Source: Candidatus Eiseniibacteriota bacterium
GTDB lineage: Bacteria; Eisenbacteria; RBG-16-71-46
Direction of reading: 5' to 3'
Assembly (NCBI GenBank): GCA_041483195.1
Contig: JBGPFC010000002.1
Span: forward strand, 159,706-223,705
Length of the DNA: 64,000 nt
The notes under the pieces were generated by a model that made no database searches, had not been told where the DNA came from, and saw only the letters and a list, made by a program, of their open reading frames with translations. Shown here piece by piece: positions 38,298 to 49,062 of this stretch (its first letter is position 1; every line of letters starts with the position of its first letter). A program made the translations under genes and the position numbers.

Positions 38298-41204
38298 TTG
38301 ACCGAATCGCCCGATGGTGCCGCCTTCATCCGCATCCGAGGCGCGCGCCAGCACAACCTCAAGAACCTCGATCTCGATCTGCCCCGTCGCCGGCTCACGG
38401 TCGTCACCGGTGTCTCAGGCTCTGGCAAGTCTTCGCTCGCGTTCGACACGATCTACGCCGAGGGCCAGCGGCGGTACGTGGAGTCGGTTTCGAGTTACGC
38501 GCGGCAGTTCCTCGAACGCCTTCCGCGGCCGGACGTCGATTCGATACATGGCCTCACGCCGGCCGTCGCGATCCAGCAGGTCGCGGCCGCGCGCAGCGCG
38601 CGTTCCACCGTCGGAACCGCGACCGAGGTTCACGACTATCTGCGGCTGCTGTTCGCGCGTCTCGGCACCGTGCACTGCGGGCGCTGCGGTGAGCCGGTCA
38701 CCGCAGCGAGCCCGGAGTCCATCGCGCGCGAGTCCGCGAGCTGGCCGGCGGGCGAGGCGCTGCTGGTGCTGGCCCCGATCGCGCTCTCGGAGCGCCTGAG
38801 CTGGGAGGAACAGGCGGGCCACCTCCAGCGGGCGGGGTTCACCCGCGTGCTGATCGCCGGGGAAGTCGTGCCGCTCGACCCGCTGCCGAGGCTGCTCAGG
38901 AGCACGCGACAGATCGCGGTGGTGGTGGACCGCTTCTCATGGTCGCGGGATGAGACCGCGCGCCTCGCCGAATCGTGCGAGCAGGCGTTCCGCCGGGGCG
39001 AGGGCCGGCTCGATCTGCAACGCGGCTCGCGGGCGCCGGAGCGCCGCAGCGAGCGCTGGGAGTGCGCGTCGTGCGGGGCCGCCGCCATTCGGCCCGAGCC
39101 CAGCCTGTTTTCCTTCAACAGCCCGCTCGGCGTCTGCCCCGGGTGCCGCGGGTTCGGCAACGTGCTCACTTTTACCGCCGATCTCATCGTGCCCGACCCG
39201 TCGAAGACGCTCCGCGAGGGAGCGATCGATCCATGGGCGCGATCGTGGCGCTCGATCGCGTGGCCGCGGCTGGAAAAGCTCGCGCGCGAGCGCGGGGTGC
39301 CGCTCGATGTGCCATGGGGCAGGCTCTCCGCGGCGCACCGCACGCTGCTGCTCGAGGGCGGCGAGGGATTTCGCGGCGCGATTCCGTTTCTCGAACGGCT
39401 GCAGGCGAAATCGTACAAGGCAGGCAATCGATTCGTCGTGAAGCGCTATCAGACGGCGTTGCCGTGCGAGGCGTGCTCCGGCGCGCGGCTGCGTCCCGAG
39501 GCGCTGCGGGTGCGCGTCGGCGGTCGCTCGATCGCCGAGGTCTCCGCGATGACGATCGCCGATGCCGCGCGGTTCCTGGGCGCGCTCGACTTCACGGCGG
39601 GAGAGCGCGAGGTGGCGGGGCCGGTGCTCGGCGAGCTGGCGTCGCGGCTCGCTTTCCTGGAGCGCGTGGACCTCGGGTACCTCACGCTCGATCGCATGAC
39701 GCGCACCCTGTCGGGCGGCGAGGCGCAGCGGATCGAGCTCGCGAACGCGCTGGGTGCCAACCTCACCGACACGCTTTACGTGCTCGACGAACCCACCATC
39801 GGACTCCATCCGCGCGACACGCACCGGCTGGTGGCGATCCTCCACGAACTCGCGGCGCGCGGCAACACGCTGGTCGTGGTGGAGCACGAGCCGCTCGTCA
39901 TCCGTGAGGCGGATCATCTCGTGGATCTCGGCCCGGGCGCGGGGGAACAGGGCGGACGGCTGCTCTATGCCGGGCCGGCGGGGGACGCGCTGCGCGCGGT
40001 CGAGACCGAGACCGCGCGCTATCTGCGGGGCGAGCGGCGCGTCAGCCGCCTCCGGGCGGACCGTGCCCCATTCGCGGCCACGGCACGCAGCGCCCGACGG
40101 TCGCGGAGCGCGCGGGCGTCGGGCGCCGCGCGGGTTCAGGTCGCGGCCGACGCCCCGCGGGGCCCCGGCGTGGCGCGCGGCTTCCTCACGATCGAGGGCG
40201 CGACCCACCACAATCTGCGCGACGTCACCGCGCGGTTCCCGCTCGGCCGTCTGACCGCGGTGACCGGCGTGTCGGGCTCCGGCAAGAGCAGTCTGATCGA
40301 CGAGGTGCTGTACCGGGCAGCCCGCCGCGCGCTCGAGGGACGCGAGGAGGAGCCGGTCGGCGCGCATCGCGCCGTGCATGGACTCGATGCGGTCAAGCGG
40401 GTCGTGATGGTCGACCAGTCGCCGATCGGGCGGACCCCGCGTTCGTGCCCGGTGAGCTACATGGGTGCCTACGCGCCGCTGCGCGAGGTATTCGCGCGAC
40501 AGCCCGCGGCGCTCGCGCGCGGACTCAAGGACGGCGCGTTCTCGTTCAATACCGGGGGCGGCCGATGCGAGGCATGCCAGGGCGCGGGCTGGGTCACGGT
40601 CGAGATGTACTTCCTCGCCGATCTGCTGGTGCCGTGCGACGCCTGCGGCGGCGCGCGATTTCGCCGCGAGGTGCTCGAGGTGCGCTACCGCGGCGTCAAC
40701 ATCCGCGAGGCGCTCGACCTCACCGCGGACCAGGCGTTCGAGCATTTCGCGCGCGAGCCGCGCTTCACCCGCGCGCTCCACATGCTGCGGCGGGTGGGAC
40801 TCGGCTACCTGCGGCTCGGGCAACCCGCGAATCAGCTCTCCGGGGGCGAGGCCCAGCGCCTCAAGATCGCGCGCGAGCTCGCCGACCGGAACGCCGGCGC
40901 GGCGCTGGTGCTGCTCGACGAGCCGACCGTCGGACTCCACTTCGCCGACGTGCAGCGTTTGCTCGAGGTGCTCGACGACCTCGTCGCGCGCGGCGACACG
41001 GTGGTGCTCGTCGAGCACAATCTCGATGTGATCCGCTGCTGCGACTGGATCGTGGATCTGGGTCCGGAGGGCGGGGACCGCGGCGGCTGGCTGGTCGCGG
41101 AAGGCACCCCCGATGCGATCGCGGAGTGCGAGGCGTCGTGGACGGGGCGGTATCTCCGCGAGGGCGCCGCGCAACCGGAACCCTCGCCGGCGGGCGGAAC
41201 ATGA
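38298..41204 (+). CDS. uvrA: Excinuclease ABC subunit A (UvrA family)
   Basis: GARQHNLKN, two GVSGSGKSS Walker A motifs, two LSGGEAQR signatures and Zn fingers. Probable TTG start. Confidence 0.93.
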   Translation: MTESPDGAAFIRIRGARQHNLKNLDLDLPRRRLTVVTGVSGSGKSSLAFDTIYAEGQRRYVESVSSYARQFLERLPRPDVDSIHGLTPAVAIQQVAAARSARSTVGTATEVHDYLRLLFARLGTVHCGRCGEPVTAASPESIARESASWPAGEALLVLAPIALSERLSWEEQAGHLQRAGFTRVLIAGEVVPLDPLPRLLRSTRQIAVVVDRFSWSRDETARLAESCEQAFRRGEGRLDLQRGSRAPERRSERWECASCGAAAIRPEPSLFSFNSPLGVCPGCRGFGNVLTFTADLIVPDPSKTLREGAIDPWARSWRSIAWPRLEKLARERGVPLDVPWGRLSAAHRTLLLEGGEGFRGAIPFLERLQAKSYKAGNRFVVKRYQTALPCEACSGARLRPEALRVRVGGRSIAEVSAMTIADAARFLGALDFTAGEREVAGPVLGELASRLAFLERVDLGYLTLDRMTRTLSGGEAQRIELANALGANLTDTLYVLDEPTIGLHPRDTHRLVAILHELAARGNTLVVVEHEPLVIREADHLVDLGPGAGEQGGRLLYAGPAGDALRAVETETARYLRGERRVSRLRADRAPFAATARSARRSRSARASGAARVQVAADAPRGPGVARGFLTIEGATHHNLRDVTARFPLGRLTAVTGVSGSGKSSLIDEVLYRAARRALEGREEEPVGAHRAVHGLDAVKRVVMVDQSPIGRTPRSCPVSYMGAYAPLREVFARQPAALARGLKDGAFSFNTGGGRCEACQGAGWVTVEMYFLADLLVPCDACGGARFRREVLEVRYRGVNIREALDLTADQAFEHFAREPRFTRALHMLRRVGLGYLRLGQPANQLSGGEAQRLKIARELADRNAGAALVLLDEPTVGLHFADVQRLLEVLDDLVARGDTVVLVEHNLDVIRCCDWIVDLGPEGGDRGGWLVAEGTPDAIAECEASWTGRYLREGAAQPEPSPAGGT

Positions 41205-42685
41205 GGGGCGCGCCTTCCCCAGAATCCCACGGCGTTCGCCGGGCCGCGATGGGTCCGGTCGTCCAGCTCGACGAGTTTCGATGGATGCTGCCACGCGCGG
41301 GGGGCATGCGCGTTCCCGGAATCCTGTTCGGGGATCGCGCGCTGGTCGAACAGATGATGTCGGATCGCACCCCCGATCAGGTGCGCAACGCGGCGCATCT
41401 GCCCGGCATTCTCGAGGCTTCGATCGCGATGCCCGACGCGCACTGGGGCTACGGGCTGCCGGTCGGCGGCGTGATCGCGACCCATCCCGAGGAGGGCGTG
41501 GTCTCGCCCGGCGCGGTGGGCTACGACATCGGTTGCGGGGTGCGGCTGATGCGCAGCCGCCTCACGCGCGCCGGCCTCGCCGCGAAGGTCGATCCGCTCG
41601 CCGACGCGCTGTTCAGCGAGGTCCCGTGCGGCGTGGGATCGACGGGTGCGATCGTCGTGGCGAAGCCGGAGTTCGACCGCGTGCTGCGCGAGGGCGCGCG
41701 GTGGGCGGTGCGGCGCGGGCTCGGCTGGGCGAGCGATCTCGAGCACTGCGAGGAAGGCGGCGTGCTCGAAGGCGCCGAGCCGGACGCCGTGAGCGAGGGT
41801 GCGAGGGGGCGGGGCCGCGATCAGCTCGGAACCCTCGGGTCGGGCAATCATTTCCTCGAGGTGCAGGAGGTCGACGAGATCTTCGACGAGGACGCCGCGC
41901 GGGCGCTTGGCCTCGAGCGCGGGGCGGTCACCGTCATGATCCACTGCGGTTCGCGAGGCTTCGGTCACCAGATCTGCACCGACCACGTGCGCGACGTGAT
42001 GCGCAAGCTCGCGGGGTGGGGGATCGATCTGCCCGATCGCCAGCTCGCGTGCGCGCCGCTCGGATCGCCCGAGGCGCTGCGCTATCTCGGCGCCATGCGC
42101 GCGGCGGCCAACTACGCGTGGGCGAACCGGCAGTGTATCGCGCACGGCGTGCGGACGGCCTTCGAGCGGGTGCTCGGCCGCGGCGCCGAGTCGCTCGGGC
42201 TCGCGCTGGTGTACGCCGTCGCACACAACATCGCGAAGTTCGAGACGCACTCGACCGCCGCGGGCCGCGAGCGATGCCTCGTGCACCGCAAGGGCGCGAC
42301 GCGCGCGTTCCCCGCCGGGCACCCGGACGTGCCGGCGGCCTACCGTCACGTGGGCCAGCCGGTGCTGGTGCCCGGCGACATGGGGCGCTACTCGTTCGTC
42401 CTGATCGGCAGCCCCGGCTCGATGGAGCACGCGTTCGGCTCGACGTGTCACGGCGCCGGGCGGCGGATGAGCCGCACCCAGGCGGTGCGCGAGACGCGCG
42501 GGCGCGACCTGGTCGCCGAGCTCGCGAAGATCGGCGTGACGGTGCGCTACGAGGGACGCGACACGCTGCGCGAGGAGACCAGCGAGGCTTACAAGGACGC
42601 GGCCCACGTGGTCCGCGTGTGCGAGGGCGCGGGGCTCTCGAAGCCGGTGGCGAAGCTCAAGCCGTTCCTGGTGGTGAAGGGCTGA
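41201..42685 (+). CDS. rtcB: RNA ligase RtcB (long, archaeal-like type)
   Basis: PDAHWGYG, GYDIGCG, GSGNHF, HCGSRG, HN, HRKGAT and HGAGR motifs. Start at 41201 or 41249. Confidence 0.95.
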   Translation: MRGAPSPESHGVRRAAMGPVVQLDEFRWMLPRAGGMRVPGILFGDRALVEQMMSDRTPDQVRNAAHLPGILEASIAMPDAHWGYGLPVGGVIATHPEEGVVSPGAVGYDIGCGVRLMRSRLTRAGLAAKVDPLADALFSEVPCGVGSTGAIVVAKPEFDRVLREGARWAVRRGLGWASDLEHCEEGGVLEGAEPDAVSEGARGRGRDQLGTLGSGNHFLEVQEVDEIFDEDAARALGLERGAVTVMIHCGSRGFGHQICTDHVRDVMRKLAGWGIDLPDRQLACAPLGSPEALRYLGAMRAAANYAWANRQCIAHGVRTAFERVLGRGAESLGLALVYAVAHNIAKFETHSTAAGRERCLVHRKGATRAFPAGHPDVPAAYRHVGQPVLVPGDMGRYSFVLIGSPGSMEHAFGSTCHGAGRRMSRTQAVRETRGRDLVAELAKIGVTVRYEGRDTLREETSEAYKDAAHVVRVCEGAGLSKPVAKLKPFLVVKG

Positions 42686-42687
42686 CC

Positions 42688-42802
42688 GCGCGCCGCGCCC
42701 GCGAAGTGGGAGCCTTGCTCGCGCCCGCCGCGAACCAGCCGCACGGATGGCGCGAGGTGTGGGTGCAGGATCCGGACGGTTATCTATGGGCGGCCGGGAT
42801 TG
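42688..42802 (+). pseudogene. Remnant C-terminal part of a VOC/glyoxalase-family gene
   Basis: ARRAREVGALLAPAANQPHGWREVWVQDPDGYLWAAG resembles the VOC 'G.RE..V.DPDG' motif; no N-terminal half or RBS. Confidence 0.55.
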
Positions 42803-42892
42803 GGATCGGCGGCGCGGTGTCAGCCCGAACGGCCACCCGGCGCGCCTCCGCAGGGGGTCTCGACCGTTCGCGGGACGCGCCCGGCTGCGCCG

Positions 42893-43798
42893 CTACGCGC
42901 CGCTCAAGTCCGACGGCAGCGGACGGTCGCGCGCCACCATCGCGGCCTCGCCTCCCGCGAGCACCCCGTCCTCGACGACGATGCCGCGCAGCAGGGCCAT
43001 GGGCACCAGCTCGAAATAGACGTTGCGAGGCTGCACGCCGGAGGCCGGCGCATCCCACACCTCGGCCGGCGGCATCTCGTCGATTCGCAGGGCGGCCGTG
43101 GTCGCCGGAAGAAACTTGCGGCGCTCGGCGAGCGCGTAGACCGGCACCCCGTGCTCGCGCGCGGCGAGCGCGGCGGCGAACGAGCCCACCTTGTTGAGCA
43201 CCCCGCTCTCGGTCACCGCGTCGGCTCCGAGCCAGAGCATGCCCGCCTGCGATAGTACCAGCGGAAGCGCAGCGTCCACCACCAGCCACACCGGCAGTCC
43301 GGCCGCCGCCAGAGCCGCCGCCAGCGCTCGCCCTTCCAGCCCCGGCCGCCCTTCCGCCACCAGCGCGCGCGGCTCGCGGCCCGCCCGCTTCGCCTCGAGC
43401 AGCGCCTCGCGCACCGTGACGCTCGCGGAGAGGGTCGCGATCCACGCGCCGCGCTCGCCGAGCAGCGCGGTCGCGGTGCGCGCCACCCCCGCGCGCGCCG
43501 CGAGCAGATCGTCGCGCTCCGCGGCGCAGCTCCGCGCGAGATGGGCGCGCAGGTCGGGCGGCGGATCGCGGCGCGCGACGCCGGCCTCGGCGACTTCGAG
43601 CGCTCGCGCCGCGAGCTGATGCACCAGGCCCATGCTGGGCTGCGCGGCCTGCGCGGCACGCAGCCAGCGCAGCAGCGCCGCGCGCAGCGCGGGGGCGGCG
43701 CTCGAGGTGTCGGTCGCGATCCAGCCCTCGAGCTCGCCGAGAAACGCGAGCGCGACCTCGCTCGAGCCCGATCGTCGATCGTTCGCGAAGGCGCCCAT
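42893..43798 (-). CDS. eIF-2B alpha/beta/delta-like (sugar-phosphate isomerase fold) protein
   Basis: DRRSGSSE, QPSMG, TLSAS, EGRPGLEG, GADAV, NKVGS and NVYFELVP motifs. Confidence 0.82.
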   Translation of the reverse strand: MGAFANDRRSGSSEVALAFLGELEGWIATDTSSAAPALRAALLRWLRAAQAAQPSMGLVHQLAARALEVAEAGVARRDPPPDLRAHLARSCAAERDDLLAARAGVARTATALLGERGAWIATLSASVTVREALLEAKRAGREPRALVAEGRPGLEGRALAAALAAAGLPVWLVVDAALPLVLSQAGMLWLGADAVTESGVLNKVGSFAAALAAREHGVPVYALAERRKFLPATTAALRIDEMPPAEVWDAPASGVQPRNVYFELVPMALLRGIVVEDGVLAGGEAAMVARDRPLPSDLSGA

Positions 43799-43803
43799 GC
43801 GGA

Positions 43804-44457
43804 TCAGCGGGAGGGCGCGAGCCAGCGCAGGGAGGGGTGGAGAAACGCGAGCAGCGCGTTCACGCCCACCAGCGAGATCGCGATCGCGAGCGCGACCCCG
43901 GCGCGCGAGGCGACACGCGTGCCGCGCGTGCCCAGCGCCAGACCCCAGGGTCCGGCGCACGCGACCAGCCCGCTGCCGAAGTGCACGGCGGCCGCGATCA
44001 CACCCATCATCTGGAACATCATCCAGCCGGGCTGCGCGAGCTGCTTCGCCATGATCAGGAACAGATCGGTCGCGCCGCCGAGCCGCGCGGGGGAGAGACG
44101 CGTGCTCCACACGTGGAATACGACGTACACCACGAGGAACAATCCGGTGGCGCGCTGCGCGGGCTGCATCCATGGCGCCGGGAATCCGCGGGTGTCCTCG
44201 GCGGCCTGCCCGGCCGTCGCGACCGCGAGCCCGATCCCGATGTGGGCGAGCAGCGGCAGCACGATCGCGAGCGTCTCGAGCAGCGGGAGATGGGGAATGC
44301 GCCAGATCCGCGCGACCGCTCCGTTGAATGCTCCGGGGCCCTCGATCGCTTGGCCGTTCGTGAGCAGGTGGAGGAGCAGGAAGAGCCCGATGGGCACCAC
44401 GCCGGTGGCAAGCTGCAGCCGCTTCAGCGTTCGATAGGTGGAGTCGGAGACGGTCAT
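43804..44457 (-). CDS. Succinate dehydrogenase cytochrome b558-like subunit (SdhC-like), orphan
   Basis: Five TMs, GVVPIGLFL.LHL, QRATG and four spaced His residues typical of diheme SdhC. Confidence 0.75.
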   Translation of the reverse strand: MTVSDSTYRTLKRLQLATGVVPIGLFLLLHLLTNGQAIEGPGAFNGAVARIWRIPHLPLLETLAIVLPLLAHIGIGLAVATAGQAAEDTRGFPAPWMQPAQRATGLFLVVYVVFHVWSTRLSPARLGGATDLFLIMAKQLAQPGWMMFQMMGVIAAAVHFGSGLVACAGPWGLALGTRGTRVASRAGVALAIAISLVGVNALLAFLHPSLRWLAPSR

Positions 44458-44706
44458 CGGGCATGGGCCGCGGCGTGCGGCGCGCGGCACTATAGCAAGC
44501 GGCGGGGGTGAGGCCCAGCGGGCTCACGGGCGCGTCGTTGTCCCGGCCGCCGCGGGTGTGCTAGTTTTCCCGTCGCCTGAAGTCTTTCGCCCGTTGGAAC
44601 TTGGCGCGGGCGATCCATGTTTTTTCTGCGCCGGGGCGGGTCGCCTTCCGGCCCACTCCCTGCGCGCACTCTTCACGAACCGAGCGCGAACCCGGAAAGG
44701 CTCAGC

Positions 44707-47367
44707 ATGAGCGCGGCGGTCGCCGACCTCATTCAGCACCAGTTGCTGCCCCGCGTGTCGAAGCCCAATCGGTATCTGGGCAACGCGCTGCACGTCCCGC
44801 GCAAGCCGCTCGATCAGGCCGAGGTCCGGGTGCTGCTCGCGTTCCCGGACGCTTACGAGATCGGACTCTCGAACTCAGGCATCCGCATCATCCACCACAT
44901 TCTGAACGCGCGCCCCGACTGCGCCGCCGAGCTGACGTTCGCGCCGTGGCCGGACGCGGAGGCCGAGATGCGCCGGCTCGGCATCCCGCTGTTCTCGCTC
45001 GATTCGCACGCGGCGGCGAGCGCGTTCGACGTGATCGGGTTCTCGCTCCAATACGAGCTGCAGTACACCAACGTGCTCACCATGATCGAGCTGGCCGGGC
45101 TGCCGCTGCGCACGGTGGAGCGCGACGCCGGCCACGCGCTGGTGATCGCGGGCGGCGCGCAGGCGTTCAGCCCCGAGCCCATGTCCGAGTTCATCGACGC
45201 GTTCGTGATCGGCGACGGCGAGGACGTGATCCACGCGCTGGTGGACCGGGTTCGCGCTGCGAAGCGCGGGGGCTGGAGCCGGCCGCGACTGCTGCGCGCG
45301 CTCGCGCAGGTGCGCGGCGTGTACGTGCCGTCGGGCTACGTGAGCCACGCGACTAGGGAAGGCTGGCTCGCGCCGCGGCCGCGGCCGGGATTCCCGGCGC
45401 GCGTGCAATCGGCGTGGGTGAAGGAGCTCAAGAGCGAGTACTACCCCGCGGCGCCGCTGCTGCCGGTCGGGGAGATCACGCACGACCGGCTCTCGGTCGA
45501 GATCATGCGCGGATGCACGCGGGGCTGCCGCTTCTGCCAGGCGGGGATGATCAATCGCCCGGTCCGCGAGAAGCCGGCGCAGGCGGTGGTCGAGGAAGTT
45601 CTGCGCGGGCTGCAGGCGACCGGGCTCGAGGAGGTCTCGCTCATCTCGCTCTCGTCCACCGATCACACTCAGATCGTCGAGCAGGTGAATGCGCTCGCCG
45701 ACGAGCTGTGCCCGACTCGCGTTCAGATCTCGCTGCCATCGACGCGGCCCGACAACGTTCCGGTCGAGGTCGCCCGCCGCATGGCGGCCCAGAAGAAGGG
45801 CTCGATCACGCTCGCTCCCGAGGCCGGGAGCCAGCGCATGCGCGACGTGATCAACAAGAACCACACCGAGGAGGAGCTGCTCCGCTCGGTGGCCACCGCC
45901 GCGCGCGAGGGCTACACCGGAGCCAAGCTCTACTTCATGTGCGGGCTGCCCGGGGAGAACGACGACGACCTGCGCGCGATCCTCGACCTCGCCGTCGAGG
46001 CCGGCCGCGCGGCGAAGCAGGCGGGCCATCGCAACTTCCGTATCACCGTGAGCGTCTCGCCCCATGTGCCCAAGCCCCACACCCCGTTCGCATGGGCCGA
46101 GCAGGTCTCGACCGCCGAGCTCAACCGCCGCCTCGGCGTTCTGCGCGACGCCGCGCGCGGCAAGCCGGTGACGCTCAAGTATCGCGACGCCGAGACCTCG
46201 CTGCTGGAGGGGGTCTTCACGCGCGGCGACCGCCGGCTCGGGCTGGCGGTGGAGGAGGCGTACCGGCGCGGCTGCCGGTTCGACGCATGGTCCGAGCACC
46301 TGCGGTTCCGGACCTGGCTCGACGTGTTCCGCGACCTCGGCATGGATCCCGAGCGCCAGTTGCTCGAGCGCTCGACCGACCGCGAACAGCCCTGGGACGT
46401 CGTGCAGTCGCCGGTCACCAAGAAGTTCCTGGTCCGCGAGAAGCTGCGCGCGGATCGCGGCGCGATCACGGACGACTGCCGGCTCGAGGACATCTGCTTC
46501 TCGTGCGGCGTCGACGCCTGTCCGCAGCGGCCGTGGGTCAAGCAGCCGCACGCGCCGCTCGACCTCGTGAAGGCGCACGCCGCCGTGCCGCCGCCCGTCT
46601 TCGGCCGCCGCACCCGCCGCGCCGCCGCAGCTCCGGGCGTCGCGACCAGCACCCGTTTCCGCATCGTTTTCGAAAAGGGGACCGAGATGCGATTCACATC
46701 GCACCTCGACCTCATGCGTACCTGGGAGCGGACGTTGCGCCGCTCCGGATTGCCGCTCGCTTTCAGCCAGGGCCATCACCCGCACATCAAGATGTCGTTC
46801 GGGCCGCCGCTGTCCCTGGGTCACCGTTCCCGGGCCGAGGTCTTCGACCTGGAGTTCTCGCAGCCGCCGGCGGTCGATCTTGCCGAACGGCTGAATGCGG
46901 TGCTGCCGTCGGGACTCCGGGTGCTGGCCTACCGGCCCATCCTGTTCAAGACGCCTTCGCTCATGAGCCAGCTCGAAGGCGCCTCGTACCGGGTTCGCTT
47001 TCCCGGATCGTTTCTCGCGCATGCCGGCCTCGAGCCGGATGTCCTGCGCGAGACGCTCGAGGCGCGCAGTGCCGGGCTGCTGCAGCGGGAGCACGTGGTC
47101 GTGCGCCGCGTGAGCGAGGGCCAGACCCGCGAATTCGACGCCCGATCCTCCATTGCTTCGCTCGAGGTGAGCGACGAGGAGAACCCGGCCGCCCTGGACG
47201 CGCACATTCGCTTCACCGTGCGCGCGCAGGTCCGTCCGGACGAGCTGATCGCCCTGTTGCTGCCCACCGCGGATCCCCGCACGGCCGATGTCGAGCGGGT
47301 GGAGCTGTGGGCGGACATCGGCGGTCGCCGGCTCGACCCGCTCGCGCTGCTGAACGCGAGAGCCTGA
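44707..47367 (+). CDS. Radical SAM protein (TIGR03960-like) fused to a TIGR03936/DUF2344-like domain
   Basis: FPDAYEIG, GCTRGCRFC and PKPHTPF motifs; C-terminal SHLDL and FSQGHHPH; sits upstream of rng. Confidence 0.88.
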   Translation: MSAAVADLIQHQLLPRVSKPNRYLGNALHVPRKPLDQAEVRVLLAFPDAYEIGLSNSGIRIIHHILNARPDCAAELTFAPWPDAEAEMRRLGIPLFSLDSHAAASAFDVIGFSLQYELQYTNVLTMIELAGLPLRTVERDAGHALVIAGGAQAFSPEPMSEFIDAFVIGDGEDVIHALVDRVRAAKRGGWSRPRLLRALAQVRGVYVPSGYVSHATREGWLAPRPRPGFPARVQSAWVKELKSEYYPAAPLLPVGEITHDRLSVEIMRGCTRGCRFCQAGMINRPVREKPAQAVVEEVLRGLQATGLEEVSLISLSSTDHTQIVEQVNALADELCPTRVQISLPSTRPDNVPVEVARRMAAQKKGSITLAPEAGSQRMRDVINKNHTEEELLRSVATAAREGYTGAKLYFMCGLPGENDDDLRAILDLAVEAGRAAKQAGHRNFRITVSVSPHVPKPHTPFAWAEQVSTAELNRRLGVLRDAARGKPVTLKYRDAETSLLEGVFTRGDRRLGLAVEEAYRRGCRFDAWSEHLRFRTWLDVFRDLGMDPERQLLERSTDREQPWDVVQSPVTKKFLVREKLRADRGAITDDCRLEDICFSCGVDACPQRPWVKQPHAPLDLVKAHAAVPPPVFGRRTRRAAAAPGVATSTRFRIVFEKGTEMRFTSHLDLMRTWERTLRRSGLPLAFSQGHHPHIKMSFGPPLSLGHRSRAEVFDLEFSQPPAVDLAERLNAVLPSGLRVLAYRPILFKTPSLMSQLEGASYRVRFPGSFLAHAGLEPDVLRETLEARSAGLLQREHVVVRRVSEGQTREFDARSSIASLEVSDEENPAALDAHIRFTVRAQVRPDELIALLLPTADPRTADVERVELWADIGGRRLDPLALLNARA

Positions 47368-47405
47368 AGAACGGCGTCACGCGGGGGCACGAAAAGGAAG
47401 CCTCC

Positions 47406-48953
47406 GTGAAACAGAAGATCATCATCAACGCCGATTCGTACGAGACCCGCATCGCCATCCTCGAAGACGACGAGCTCGCGGAGCTGCTGGTCGAGCGCGC
47501 CGATCAGCGCCGCCACGTCGGCGACATCTACAAGGGGCGCGTCAACGCCGTGCTGCCCGGCATGCAGGCCGCCTTCGTGGACCTGGGGCTGCCCAAGACC
47601 GGATTCCTCCACGCCTCCGACCTCGCGGAATCGCTGAGCGACCTCGAGGACATCTCCGACCTCGACGAGAACGGCGACAAGGGCCGGCGTCGCCGCGGTC
47701 CGGTGCTCAAGATCGAAGACCATCTCAAGAAGGGCCAGGAGATCCTGGTCCAGATCACCAAGGAATCGATCGGCACCAAGGGACCGCGCGTGACACAGCA
47801 GGTGAGCCTTCCCGGCCGCTTCTGCGTGCTGATGCCGGGCGTCGATCACGTCGGAGTCTCGCGCCGCATCGAGGACCGCGCCGAGCGCCAGCGGATCAAG
47901 GCGATCATCCACGATCTGAAACCGAAGGAGGTCGGCCTCATCGCGCGCACCGCCGGCGAGGGCAAGGCCGAGTCCGATTTCGCGGCCGACATCAAGCACC
48001 TGACCAAGCTCTGGAACAAGCTGGACCGCAAGGCGGCCTCGGTGCGCGCCCCGGCGCTCGTCCACCGCGAGCTCGAGATGACCGCGAGCCTGATCCGCGA
48101 TCTGTTCACCGACGAGGTCGAGGAGGTCGTGATCGACGACAAGGAGTCGTTCGCCGAGACCCAGGCCTACCTCAAGTCGGTGTCGCCCGAGCTGCGTGAC
48201 CGCGTGAAGCTCTACAAGGGCCGCGAGCCCATCTTCGACGAGTTCGGCATCGAGACCCAGATCGAGAAGACCTTCGAGCGCAAGGTGTGGCTCAAGAAGG
48301 GCGGCTACATCTGCGTCGATCACACCGAGGCGCTGGTGGCGATCGACGTGAACACCGGCCGCTTCACCGGGAAGAAGAACCAGGAAGAGACCATCTTCCG
48401 CACCAACATGGAGGCCGCGAAGGAGGTGCCGCGCCAGCTGCGGCTGCGCGACATCGGCGGCATCATCGTGGTGGACTTCATCGACATGGAGATCGAGGCC
48501 AACAAGCGCGCGGTGCTCGACGAGATCCGCAAGGAGCTGCGCAAGGACCGCGCCCGCACCAAGGCGTTCGCGGTGTCGGATCTGGGCCTGATCGAGATGA
48601 CGCGCCAGCGGGAGCGCTCGAGCCTGCTCCACTACTACACGGAGGACTGCCCGCACTGCGCGGGCCTCGGCAAGGTGCCGAGCCCCGAGACCATGCTGGT
48701 GAAGCTCGAGCGCGCGATGCGGAGGGTGGCGGCGCTCGGCAACGAGCGGCGCATCACCGTGAAGGTCGCGCCCGAGATCGCGCTCTTCTTCGTCGAGCAG
48801 GAGGCGCGGCGCTTCTCGGAGCTGGAGAAGCGGTTCAAGATCTCGATCGACCTCAAGGACGACCCGCAGCTCAAGCGCGGCGAGATGAAGGTGTTCACCG
48901 AGAAGAAGCAGGAGCTCACCAAGCAGGTGGTGGGGGCGGTCCCGGGTACGTAA
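47406..48953 (+). CDS. rng: Ribonuclease G/E family
   Basis: GDIYKGRV, PGMQAAFVD, IDVNTG, GGIIVVDFIDM and CPHC motifs. Confidence 0.92.
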   Translation: MKQKIIINADSYETRIAILEDDELAELLVERADQRRHVGDIYKGRVNAVLPGMQAAFVDLGLPKTGFLHASDLAESLSDLEDISDLDENGDKGRRRRGPVLKIEDHLKKGQEILVQITKESIGTKGPRVTQQVSLPGRFCVLMPGVDHVGVSRRIEDRAERQRIKAIIHDLKPKEVGLIARTAGEGKAESDFAADIKHLTKLWNKLDRKAASVRAPALVHRELEMTASLIRDLFTDEVEEVVIDDKESFAETQAYLKSVSPELRDRVKLYKGREPIFDEFGIETQIEKTFERKVWLKKGGYICVDHTEALVAIDVNTGRFTGKKNQEETIFRTNMEAAKEVPRQLRLRDIGGIIVVDFIDMEIEANKRAVLDEIRKELRKDRARTKAFAVSDLGLIEMTRQRERSSLLHYYTEDCPHCAGLGKVPSPETMLVKLERAMRRVAALGNERRITVKVAPEIALFFVEQEARRFSELEKRFKISIDLKDDPQLKRGEMKVFTEKKQELTKQVVGAVPGT

Positions 48954-49062
48954 CCGAGTCGCGCGGGCGCGCGCGAGCCCCGATATTCGAGGTGGACCGG
49001 CGCATCGTCATGCGTCACGATTGAGGCCACGGCGACCGGGCGACTCCCGCGGGAGGAAGCCC

